Positions 1 to 10,901 of a stretch of 64,000 nucleotides of DNA are shown here, piece by piece. Position numbers and translations under genes: made by a program. The first letter of the stretch is position 1. The number at the start of each line of letters is the position of its first letter. Where the stretch lies: assembly GCF_000150275.1 (NCBI RefSeq), contig NW_002060971.1, positions 165,212-229,211 on the forward strand, given 5' to 3'. This stretch comes from Trichoplax adhaerens. Lineage: Eukaryota > Animalia > Placozoa. A model generated the notes under the pieces. It had not been told where the DNA came from and made no database searches. It was given only the letters and a program-made list of their open reading frames with translations.

Positions 1-3000
1 CAAACGAGTGTGAATACGAACGGCTGCGAGATGCCACTCCGAACCTTGTTCTCCACTTTTCTTCCAAATATTAATGGGTTGTAAACCAATGTTGTTGGAG
101 TCAACTAGCCATACTTCTAAAGAGCCGATAGTTGCACCGTTCATGTTATAAAAGAAATAAAACTAGGATCGAAAACAATTGATAATTAATTCTTATGTAC
201 TTTGTATATTTAACTAGTATGGCTTTTATGTATTGTTTAAACATTCTGATATGCATATATAGTACATCTTACATTACAGCTATCTTGCAGTTCTACTGGT
301 CCCAATAACTTAGGACTAATCAACTTCGCCTTATCGAAGGGTAAACGTGGATCCGATGATTCAATATATAAGTAATTTCCGACACCATCCCCGGGTGTAT
401 GATCACCTGCAGGTCCAGTATTTAAAGACGTTGTTTCTCCTTTATTTAGTGTCCAATCAAAGTCATCGTCACCTAATTGTGACCAAAGGCATAATCCATT
501 GGTGAAGCCACACATATACGAATAAATCCCTATGAGAAGAGTGAATATGCAAGTAAGTTAGTGGCGCATAATTAGCTTTGCAGGCCTTAATGATATGGGC
601 ATTAGATTTATTAGTCAAATACAGTTGCATAAATATTATCACCTTGGGTACAATCGATCTCATCTGATCCATCAAAGCAATCACGCCTAAAGTTACAACG
701 ATCTTCGTACGGAATACACTCACGATTTTTACACTTGAAAACATTTTTACTGCAGGCAACCGCGGTAGCCAAAGGTTGGCATTGTTGCGAAAAAGAAATA
801 TCATCGACAGCGATATCACCTTTAAATGTTTTACCCCGAACAGCTGCCAAAACCACCTACAGGATAAAATAGATTTTACTTATATAGCATTGCTATTAAA
901 ACATATTTAAGAAGCACGTTCTAGACATACCTTGAATGGCTCAGAGCTTCGTAATATAATTTCAGCCCTGGTCCACTTGCCCCCATTTTGATGTCCACTT
1001 TTACTCCATATAGTAACATTTTTTACATTTTTAATACCAGAACGAATACGTACATTTAATGAACCAACATCAGCACCATTCATGTTGTAGAAAAATCGCA
1101 TCTAGATTAATATAGTTATAATACAAGATAAAAATGATCTTAGAAATATTTTACGGCTGGTAAGAATAAATTTCTATAGCTAAATTTACCCGACACTCTG
1201 AGTCAGACGGAGCAAAAAAATGCGGACTGGTTAGCTCGGCAACATCACCAGGTTCTCGCGGAGATGACGCCTCGATAAAAATAAAATAACCTAAAAAAAA
1301 ATACCAAGGAAACCATAGGTGAACGCTAAAAAATATTAAAGTATAGCAAAATTTTTCTATATTTACCAGAAGCATTACGAAATGTGTGATCATAGGTTGG
1401 CCCAGTCTGCTCAGAAGACGTGCCGTCTTTAGTTCTAGACCAGTCAAACTGATCTTTAGCATATTGTGACCAGCCACAAAAATCATTTTGAAAATCACAC
1501 CTGTCCGGGAAGGCGTCTATAAAACGTACCGTACAGTGCAATTTATTAAAACATCGTATAAGAATTATTTCGAATTTTAAGGTTAGCAACTAACTGCAAT
1601 ATCGCTCATCTGAGCCATCTGCACAATCGTCAGCAAAATCACATCGAACTGATGCAGGAACACATTTCTTATTTCCAGATGAACAAGGAAATTGATTATT
1701 ATTGCATATTGATTTGTCTGTAAAGGAACACATTGAATTTGCTTAATCTAAATACATGAAGGTGACATTAAATTCTCAGATCAATTACGCTAGTGAAGCA
1801 ATCCTACCTTGACACATAACACTAGCATCCTGATGATGATTACAAGTACTATTACCCCATCCAGGATGTTGGCATTCTGATAGGGTTTTGGCATTTAATG
1901 GGCACTTTAAATGTGCAAGCCATACTGGTCCATAACCATGTCTGTAACGTGCGCTTCCATACACGGTAATAACATTGCTGTAACCCAACTGACGACATAT
2001 TACTTTGCCAACGGCAAGATCAAACGATTGATCACAAATTGTTCCCCATAAACCATTATGATAAATTTCAACTCTTCCTTCATAAGGTCCGTTGCCGTTT
2101 TTCAATCGGATTGTCCCTTCCTTGATGGTTACTTGATTCCGAGTGCATTTTAAAGAATATATTAAAGTACGTGAATTTCTATGTTTAAGACGTTATTGAT
2201 AATTTTGAAATCGATGGAAATAGTACAGAAAGATATGAAAACTAACTTACAGGTTTTGTTTACACAAATAATCCCAACTGTATGATTTCGTGTACAAGAA
2301 TTGGATGGGGGTGAATGATCGCAATAGTAGAGCGCTTCTTCATCACCCATGCAACGTATATTACCAATTAGTGACACCATATTTTGAGTGCCAGTTGCGA
2401 AGTTGAATTGGACACGTTCAGCCCCCACATAATTTAACTGGCGACATGTCACATTAGCGGCAACCATATTAAAATCAGGGTCGCAAAGCGTTCCCCATAT
2501 ACCGTTTAAATTGATCTGTACAATGCCTTCATTTGGTTCATTAGATCCAAATAAGCGTACTACATGATAGAAGAAAGCACATTTATCTTTTTTCGTCATT
2601 AAATCAATCTACGAAACTACTATGTACTTCCTATAATTAATAAAAATGCTTCACATTCCCTGTGAGATTACCTCGTGGAGTAACACATCGGGCCGTTGCT
2701 AATCTACCAGAGGAACAAGCTTTGCCCGACTGCCAGTTAGAATGACGACATTGCATTAAAGATGATTCATTACCCTTGCAGTCAATATCCATCAAAGTTA
2801 AACTTGAATCAGGTTTATACTCAATGTTAGATAGTTCTGATAAGGTCGCTTCATAACCTAATTGTTTGCATAATACCACTGCATCGATAAAAGACCATCC
2901 TGCACTACAAATGCCAGACCAACTTTGGTTATAATAAATCTCAACTACGCCAATTTCAGGTGTATTTCCCCTTATTCGAACTGATTTAAAAAATATGAAA

Positions 3001-6000
3001 AACGTTCAACGATTTCTTCAGAGTATTTAATTAAAAGGAAATAATCAAGTTTCAAATTTTAGCGGCGTATTTTAAAAAATTAGCAAGTGCAGGAATTGCT
3101 TGGCGTTTAGAATTAGCCCTTAAGAGTTTATAATATGCTGCAGTAAATACAGAATAAGACCACAGAAAGTTGTTTAGATCATGGACCTCAACTATTTAAT
3201 CAAACTTACCATTCATTTTGGATTGCCGAAGTGAACCAGATTCTGTCACAAAGCATATCAGTTAAAATACGTCATACCAAAAATTCAATTTTAATACCAT
3301 AAAATGGCATGGATTATTACTATAGACCTAAAACGACCAACTACCCTTTCATAAAATCATAATCATTCTTCTAAAGATAAACTGCAGCCGATAAAAATAA
3401 GTATAACTTAATTCATTATTAAGATTATCATGCCTATGTTTTCCTACTACCGGAATATTTTCAGTAGCGATATATTATTACAAGTAGAGGCAAAAGATAA
3501 GCTGTATATTGCCTATATGAGTACAATCTAATTAATTCTACCTGCTAGCGTTGCACTACGCGTTTGCCGGTGGGAGCAATGGCTAAATGTACTCATCTCG
3601 TCTAAATCGTAGACGGGATGTTTAGAAATCGAATTTAAGTTGTGGCATTTTCCAGTAATATCTCTACCAAGCTGGGAATTTTTCCATATCAACAACGGTA
3701 GTATATAACAATCGCAATCGACGGGAGAAGTAAAGTGACTATAACGTTCAAAATGATTGCATATTAATTATTAATATGAATGGCATTATTACAATAAAAT
3801 ATCAATGTCGATTAATTAAATAAACTTGTATAACATTGAATAGTATTCCACAATTATCATACAAATTGATAATAAAATGATGGGCAATATTAAATAGAAT
3901 TAACTATCCATAGCGATTGCTTTCAACTTGTTAAAATTGAATTAAATTCAACAATTGTTATATAACTGATATTAAAATAAGTACACTATTAAATAGAATT
4001 AGCCCATCAATACTGATTGCTTTCAATTTGTTTAAAATTGAATGAAAATTTTATAATTACGATACAACTAGATATTAAATAAATTTATAAATCATAAGTC
4101 AACAAACGCTCAACTTAGATACCATGGACTTATTAGATGACCTTCAATTGGTGATGGTGAGTGAAAAAACTCATAACTTGGAAAATGTAAGAAACAATCT
4201 AAGTAACGCTGGAAAAAATGTACTATTTCGCCTATCTGAAAAATTTCTTCTACTAATTAGACTGTCGTGTCTGATGTGAGTAGGATTACGTTGCAGTCCG
4301 ACAATCGGTAATCCTTGTCCATACTGATCAGACGGTCTGATCATAGTAGGATTATATTGCAGTCAGACAACCGCTACTACAATCCATAGTTGATACAAAA
4401 TTGTACTTAGCACCATGGTCATTTACAAAGCATAAATACGCATGTTGCAAACACAATTTTGATTACGTAGCTCGTTTTCAAGAGTAACAATTTACCGGCA
4501 AAAAATGAAAATTTACAGTATATAAATAGATATCAATTGAGAATTGAAATAGGTAGCAGGCGATTACATAGGCAATCTATTCATTCACTAGTCTATTGAT
4601 ATTTTCTATCACAAGATGTTTCTGCTAGAGAATTACGTTTCATCATGTATGGCAAAAAAAAACAAATATCTGTAATTCTAGAACCATTTCAACTTACATG
4701 GCTCGAATATGAGTTAACATATCAACGTTGGAAGATAATAGCCTGGCTTGAGATCCGGGAATTCGCCTATTCATATAAAATAACATCGTATTACAATTCA
4801 TTGATCAATAACGTTATTAATAATGTGATGATTGTTTATCATTTCCCACTATCCAATTCTATCCTATCCTACACTAGTTATTATGCAACGTGTGTAAAGT
4901 GAAATGACCAATGTATGGGTAAATATAGCGCGAGTATTGTTGTGAGTTTTCACATCAGTGAAAAATGAAATAAAGTTTCCTGTAAATTGAGAATCAAGCG
5001 TTGTCGGCTATTGCATCCTTGCTATTTTGATCACTAGTATTGTTGGGCTATTGGTGTCTATCAACGGCCTAGAGAATAAAAAAATCTCTGCTGATAGGAG
5101 AAAAAATTGCTATTTCCGATCTCTAAAAATAAAACAAATTCCCAACATACAACGTCGACAAGAGAATTCAATTAGCCAATGGGTGGATCCTGTATACCAT
5201 CAATATAACGCCATTTTGAAGAGTGAAATGATTTAAAATGAAGGACAAAAATGGCTAATAGCACTTGGGTGAAAATTGCAATCAATGATAATTATGATCA
5301 CTCTAATCAATTCTGTCATCATTGAATTGGGTGAGAGACATGGGGGCAAATTCAATCTACACGACCCTTAGTTTGGTCATTAAAATTCCTCTATGATAAA
5401 AAGACAAACAATGATACTGTTGATATCATTGAAGATCCAACATAATATTGCACTTTAACGTCATGAAGGAGATTTATCACGTTGATTGGAATGAGACTTG
5501 ATACCGTAGTGATCTACTGTCGATTATGGGTTTCTTTAAGAAGAGCAGGCGATAAAATCGATTTGTCTCCATAATTTGTTATGGAACAAACGAATAGAAC
5601 ACCGATGGCAAGGATAGGCACTCGAACCTTTCCAAACACAGCTACCACTCAATTCGCTGCTTTGCTGAGTATATCATTTGCAAAAGTGAAGTCAGAATGG
5701 CCGGTTTAAAAAAGGTCGCCTAGGAAGATTAGAACATCGACTGCAACAGTGATTTGGTTATAACATCTCTAGACCGTTATCGCAAGGATAGGCACTCGAA
5801 CCTTTCCAAACATAGCTATCACTCAATTTGCTGCTTTGCTGAGTATATCATTTGCAAAAGTGAAGTCAGAATGACCGGTTGAAAAAAGGACGCCTACGAA
5901 GATTAGAATATCGACTGCAACAGTGATTTGGTTATAACATCTCTAGACCGTCATCGCAAGGATAGGCACTCGAACCTTTCCAAACATGGCTACCACTCAA

Positions 6001-8475
6001 TTTACTGCTTTGCTAAGCAAATCATTTGCAAAAGTGAAGTCAGAATGACCCGCTGAAAAAGGACGCCTAGGAAGATTAGAATATCGACTGCAACAGTGAT
6101 TTGGTCATAACACCTCTAGACAGTAATCGCTTTGTTAACTACCTCTGAATATTCTCCTTCAAGATGAGACTACCACAAAATCAACATTTTGTATGTTTAT
6201 AGTTTGATAGTAAATTGGATTCGAGTTTAACAATCAATACTCATAATCATGGAAAGCAATCCTTCAAAAATGAGAGTAGATTCTGTCCATTGCGAGAATA
6301 AATTGAGTAGACAGTAAAGAAATACTACTGCTTCTCAAATTGAAGGTAGAGTTAGGTCAAGTCATACTGTACTAGAAGGAATGAACCAAGACGTATTGAA
6401 AGGACGACCCAGGACGTGGCAATGTTAATTTGAATCACGAGCTGATTTTCTACGACTATAATGTATGTAGACGAGTGTGATTGTTGAAAAAGAGAGTAGT
6501 ATCCTTGTAGAGTCCAATCACGATTTATATTAACAAATGAATGGAGTCAACAACTAATACCAATGATAGATATATCCCCCAATCCTTGACTATGAAGAGT
6601 TGATTGCAAGAATAAATCGAGGAAGGAGCAAAGTAGTAATGCCCTTCAAGTTGAGGCTATGGGTTTAGCACTTTTGGTGGAGAAGACAGATCATTGCACA
6701 ACGTTGGTCATCACCATTTGGCACAAATGGACACAAGTGATCGCCATTGCCGCTAGTCAACGCACAGCACCGAACTGCCATATTGACTAAGGCATTACGA
6801 GGATGTTATTATTTTTCTTCAATAACAAAAATAAACTGTAAAGTGTGAAATTTCAATAACGTATTGAAAATAGTGTTGATGATTGCGTATCGGATGACAG
6901 AAGTAAGTGAAAATGTCTACTCAAACCGATACGGCGATCCATTGATTCATCATCGATTACATAAAGGTATTGGCTACACGCAAGGGCCGGAGAGTATCTA
7001 GTACATTGATGACTAAGATGTTGCAATGCAAAGACTAACGGTCCCAACTAAAGAATGAATCCATTCAAATTGAAGACCATGCTAAGTTAAAATAAATAAA
7101 TGGTTGGTTAAGCAGCCCAATTGGGTTTTAAAATACTTGTAACAAGGCGAAGTAATATGCTAGCATGTGCAGTATTGGCAGGAAAGATAAAGCAAATGTT
7201 CAATGCATTCAGTACCTTGCATAATCATAAAAAAAGACAATTGTATTGGTATGCTAGTTTGATGGATAAATCTGTTAGGTCTTATAAGAGGAAATAAAGC
7301 AAATAGAACTTGTATTATCCTTGAGTTGATGAAGGATAACACGATGATCAGTCCAGCATGCCACAGTGAGAACCATTTAGAATCATTTCAAGTTTTTCTT
7401 ATCTCTCAGTCCATAACGTGATTTATGAAATGCGGAAGTGCAATGATGCAAAAATGATCTACCCCTTGCTGTTATTGTCGATTTACAAGGAAAGAGTGTA
7501 AAATGGGATGGATATTACCCTAAACATGTTCTATCCCACACATGTTGCCAATTACACAGTGTAGCAGTGAAATAGAGTGAGAAAATACAAAATATCTACC
7601 GTAGTTTAATCATTTGTTGGTTGATGAATTAGCAGTCATTGGATGGAAAGGAAAATGCAATGAAAGTGGTGAGAAAATGAAGAGCAATAATTGCTATCAA
7701 GTGCATCAAATCTTGAGCAATCAATGCTTGATAAGATAATTTACCTAGGACAGACAGTAATGTCTTATTGATTAGGGAAATAAGCACTGTACGCGTATGC
7801 AACATTGCTCAAAATAGAGCAGTTTAAGACTGTTTGGTTATCCTTTGATTCAAGTCATGTATTTCATGGGAGAGACGTCGTAATGAAATTACTATCTGTT
7901 GAGCACTGTATCATTGCTATGGACTATTGGTAACCATGGCCTAGGTAATAATCTACTCAGTGGTAGTGAATTTGATTGATCTACTTGGATCCAGTATGGG
8001 TGCCATGATAAATTGGAATGGGAAAGTGATGAGCTAGGCAAAGTTATTTAGGTAAAGTCCAATGTTGATTATTGGAGTTGATTAAGACACCACTTTCGAG
8101 TGGTCGGTCAAGGTAGAAGTCGATGCTTGCATGGATTGATAGACACCATTTCAATTTGAAGATTACGTTCATCTCCATGGAAGATGGAGTGGTATAAAAT
8201 TACTAGTCATATCGGTGACTTTAAAGTAGAGAGAATTGCATAACTTACAGTGATTGAATTGACCAAGGTAATGGCTGCGAAGGGAATTGATTACAGTCTG
8301 CGGTCATTTGTGTATGATGTAGCGCACAATGGCAACGATGAGGGCAAGTTTCCATGATGGTAGTCTGGTCAATGCCAAGTCCACTGGTGTAGACTATACT
8401 GACAACATGACAGGCTACAAGATAGAAAAGCAGTAAGTACTGTCTATGATTATTTAAAAGGGTCCAAGGTCTCAT
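1..8475 (-). CDS. Secreted/membrane mosaic protein: signal peptide, LRRNT, degenerate LRR, LRRCT, 3x SRCR, LDLa, MAM, LDLa, MAM (3' end beyond window)
   Basis: Phase-consistent GT-AG exon chain. Exon 8475-8249: MRPWTLL...hydrophobic stretch...CPHRCHC...DC...SIQSL. Exon 4766-4698: 69 nt, RIPGSQARLLSSNVDMLTHIRA. Exon 3738-3542: HFTSPVDCDCYILPLLIW...GKC. Exon 3242-3210: linker. Then SRCR exons (VRIRG..GVVEIYYN..WSGIC; GIVQINLNGIWGTLCD; EGRVEIYHNGLWGTICD), LDLa (RCDFADDCADGSDE; RCNFRRDCFDGSDE) and MAM (CDFQNDFCGW..DW..TGP..DHT; FFYNMNG; GDIAVDDISF). The SRCR/LDLa/MAM part is secure; linkage of the 5' LRR exons is inferred from splice phase. Confidence 0.85.
3888..4082. repeat. Degenerate tandem duplication, ~99 bp x2, intronic
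   Basis: TATTAAATAGAATT...GATTGCTTTCAA..TGTT..AAAATTGAAT starts at 3888 and again at 3987. Confidence 0.7.
4280..4370. repeat. Short direct repeat (period 66) enclosing a 9-bp inverted repeat
   Basis: GTAGGATTAygTTGCAGTCmGACAA-like unit at 4280 and 4346; TGATCAGAC-G-GTCTGATCA at 4325-4343. Confidence 0.6.
5608..6130. repeat. 174-bp tandem repeat x3 in intron 1 of the LRR-SRCR gene
   Basis: GCAAGGATAGGCACTCGAACCTTTCCAAACA starts at 5608, 5782 and 5956; copies are highly similar. Confidence 0.95.
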
Positions 8476-8940
8476 TTTGAGGTATCTTGTGGTTGGGCGG
8501 ACGATTTGGCCAACCAATTGCAAATAAAATGCTTCGACCCCAAGTCAATGTTGTCGATAGAAAAGTGATGAAATAGCGATCAATGCAACGCTATACCAGG
8601 TATTATACAACCTACTACTATTGACTACAGCAACTTAAAGTATTCAACATATTCCAATGATTTTACTGGTGCAAAATAAAAAAGATATCGACAGGAATTG
8701 ATCAATTTTTTCAGTAATCACCACTCTAAGAATTGTCTCCTTCAATCTTGATGGCCATTGAAGGCTGCTAATGAAACCGTTATAACCAAGCAAATGGCTC
8801 GATCAACAAACTGAGTCCTAAACTAATTTGACTGATGGCCGACTCGTGTATGGGACGGTAGAGTACGGTATGCCATCACTGCCTCCTAGCCCAGCACGGT
8901 ATGACTAAGAAGCGTAGTATCACGTGACAGCAGTCCCGTA

Positions 8941-10053
8941 CCAAGCAAGTGGAAGAGGGGGGGGGGTGGACTTGCCTACAGTACACAGTACTGTAGGCAA
9001 GACGCCTTCCTACCGGACAGACGACGGACTGCTGCAGGCCAAGGAGGCAACCACGACTGCCAGTACTCTACTGTGTACAGTAGAGTACTTGGAAAGAAGA
9101 GAGTCGAGTAGTCCCTGCCTCCACTACAGTACAGTATGTAGACTACAGTACATACTGCAGTAGAACGGTGAACAGGTCTGCAGACTCTCATTTTGATGAC
9201 GACTTGCCTACAGTACACAGTACTGTACTCTACTGTACAGTGTACAGTAAAGATCGAACCTGTTTACGCTATACTACTGTATTTACCTGTCAACAGGCTC
9301 AGAGATCGCTATATAAATGAGCGCATCTCTAGCTAACGATAGTGATTATACCTCGTCTCTCTCTTGTTATCCTCTCTGTCTTTCTTTAATAAACATAGTT
9401 TTCTTGACTGTGAGTTGTACGTCTCTGCATACAACAGAATATATTACAGAGTAGTCCCTGCCTCCACTACAGTACAGTACTGTACAGTACCGTATGTAGA
9501 CTACAGTACATACTGCAGTACAGTACTGTAGAACGGTGAACAGGTCTGCAGACTCTCATTTTGATGATGACTTGCCTTCCTATCGGACAGACGACGGACT
9601 GCTGCAGGCCAAGGCGGCAACCACGACTGCCAGTACTCTAGTGTACAGTGTACAGTAGAGTACTTGGAAAGAAGAGAGTCGAGTACTGTACGTACAGTAC
9701 CGTACAGTAGTCCCCTGCCTCCACTACAGTATGTAGACTACAGTACATACTGCAGTACTGTACACCGGTGAACAGGTCTGCAGACTCTCATTTTGATGAT
9801 GTCATTCAAGCAAGTGGAAGAGGGGGTACACTTGCCTACAGTACAGTACTGTAGGCAAGACGCCTTCCTACCGGACAGACGATGGACTCCTGCAGGTCAA
9901 GGAGGCAATCACGACTGCCAGTACTCTACTGTACACTGTACAGTAGAGTACTTGGAAAGAAGAGACTCGAGTAGTCCCTGGGGTGACTACAGTATCCACA
10001 CTACAGTACATACTGTAGTAGAACGGTAGACTCTCATTTTGATGATGTCATTC
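8941..10053. repeat. ~250-bp composite repeat, about 3.5 copies, with copy-specific CAGTA/CTGTA/CCGTA insertions
   Basis: Shared backbone GGACAGACGA.GGACT.CTGCAGG.CAAGG.GGCAA.CACGACTGCCAGTACTC...GGAAAGAAGAGA...AGACTCTCATTTTGATGA recurs at ~8941-9230, 9449-9806 and 9807-10053. Confidence 0.92.
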
Positions 10054-10069
10054 TGTGTCGGCATTCAAC

Positions 10070-10475
10070 GATCATGGGCAAACTTGGAGTAAACAATTTT
10101 TTGTTTGGATCGTTTTGCCGGTCTTAACTCCAGCTACAGTGTTGTACATAAATAGGACAAGATTGGACTTTTACAGCAAGTTCGATACTGTATTATCACC
10201 GTGTGTCCATGATGCTGGAGAATCTTGCTTTAGTAAGAAGTTACAGTAGTCAGGGCACGGCCATTTGTGGCATGTGTAGATCATGGGCAAACTTGGAGTA
10301 AACAATTTTTTGTTTGGATTGTTTTGCCGGTCTTAACTCCAGCTACAGTGTTGTACATAAATAGGACAAGATTGGACTTTTACAGCGAGTTCGATACTGT
10401 ATTATCACCGTGTGTCCATGCTGCTGGAGAATCTTGCTTTAGTAAAAAGTTACAGTAGTCAGGGCACGGCCATTT
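10070..10475. repeat. 209-bp tandem duplication x2, near identical
   Basis: GATCATGGGCAAACTTGGAG at 10070 and 10279; only a few substitutions; explains twin ORFs 10055 and 10267. Confidence 0.95.
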
Positions 10476-10901
10476 TATTCAAATTACAAAGATACTTGGG
10501 GTAGATTAGTGAAAGTCCTTCGTCAAGAACAACTAATAACGGATACAGTATGCACTGTACAGTGTATGGGGACTTGTCAGACAGGACGGAAAAAAATTTT
10601 CTCCCACGACTTTCTAGACATGCTCAGCTTGACTGTACTGACTGTGTCGAGTTGCGCTTTTTCCTTCAGTCTACACTCACTATCACTGCTACTGTACAGT
10701 ACAGTACACTACCAGTAGTTCATCTAGTAGCCAGAGTTTATTACCCCGACGGTCAGACTATCGGACTGACGGATTCAGTCCGGGACACCACGCCATCGTT
10801 CAGTGTAGACAAGTGTAACGTCAACTTGCGAACCGAACCGTGACAAGTGTAATAGCAACGTTACGTCGATTCGGCAAGGCAAACCCTCCAACGATCGCAA
10901 G

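Larger units (their letters stand above)
8476..10901. promoter_or_regulatory. Head-to-head promoter region (LRR-SRCR gene / TMX1) with TA-CWG-TA island
   Basis: Lies between divergent ATGs at 8475(-) and 10902(+); higher GC than flanks; dense TACAGTA/TACTGTA. Confidence 0.7.

Noticed and set aside
8924-10029. ORFs rich in TVQYCTV/YSTV (also at 19862-20579, 20969-21208 and 58689-60090)
   Set aside because: Translations of the CAGTA/CTGTA chains, which lack stop codons in several frames; they overlap on both strands and show no domain signal
8941-10053. CRISPR-like repeat/spacer appearance
   Set aside because: Eukaryotic intron-rich context, no cas genes, and the variable parts are 4-7 nt units rather than unique spacers
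10425-10455. U5 snRNA loop-like CTTTTTACTAAAG on the minus strand
   Set aside because: Lacks the GCC of loop 1 and the flanking stem; no Sm site in the right orientation
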